Positions 63,785-64,000 of a stretch of 64,000 bases of DNA are shown here, in pieces. Made by a program: the position numbers and the translations under genes. Positions within the stretch are counted from its first letter, which is position 1. Each line of letters opens with the position of its first letter. The notes beneath the pieces are model-generated. The model did no database searches. It worked only from the letters and a program-made list of their open reading frames with translations, and had not been told where the DNA came from. Source of the DNA: Pelomyxa schiedti. Its lineage: Eukaryota; Protista; Evosea. The stretch covers positions 53,789-117,788 of the forward strand of contig JAHLWZ010000814.1 in NCBI GenBank assembly GCA_020536535.1, read 5' to 3'.

Positions 63785-64000
63785 GGACGCCCCACCACAC
63801 GAATCCGGTGATCCAATCACAACTAATCAATCGTAGTCGAATCCACGGGGGGGACCTGCTGGGCGTCGTGCATAGGGAATTCCAACGAGTAGCGACGAGG
63901 TCTCATGGCCACCACAACAAGTAGTACAACGACTGTACCAACGGCCGTCATAGCCATTGTGCCACTACGAGAACAAAACGCCCCCATCAGCATCACTAAA

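Noticed and set aside
63627-63830. ORF of WCGVV repeats, and similar Cys-rich or antisense ORFs such as 47581-47799
   Set aside because: Translations of a microsatellite or of the reverse strand of poly-Gln/Pro tracts.
1-64000. CRISPR arrays, tRNA/rRNA genes, transposases or viral genes
   Set aside because: None seen; the tandem repeats present are coding repeats or microsatellites without unique spacers.

Overview
Gene-dense eukaryotic (protist) genomic scaffold with many short GT-AG spliceosomal introns, about 30 protein-coding genes and two 100-N assembly gaps. Compact intergenic regions, low-complexity P/T/Q tracts and several bacterial-type anaerobic-metabolism genes carrying introns suggest an anaerobic amoebozoan such as an archamoeba (inference, not verified). 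Housekeeping genes: RPL5, RPL10, eIF4A, eIF4B, RRP4, BRF1, an Arf-like GTPase, nadC and a MOV10/SDE3 helicase. The most striking observation is an apparent array of eleven consecutive 3-nt (single-codon) micro-exons at 12953-13832 that would build the ankyrin loop of an ANK-RhoGAP-SH3-WW-TKL kinase. Other highlights: a single-polypeptide citrate lyase (CitF-CitD-CitE) whose acyl-carrier Ser appears replaced by Cys, an intron-containing QueG/reductive-dehalogenase-like Fe-S protein, a secreted chlorophyllase/cutinase-fold hydrolase, and a duplicated ~108-nt structured non-coding element. Exon structures were assembled by eye and spans are start to stop codon; family calls come from remembered motifs, not database searches.
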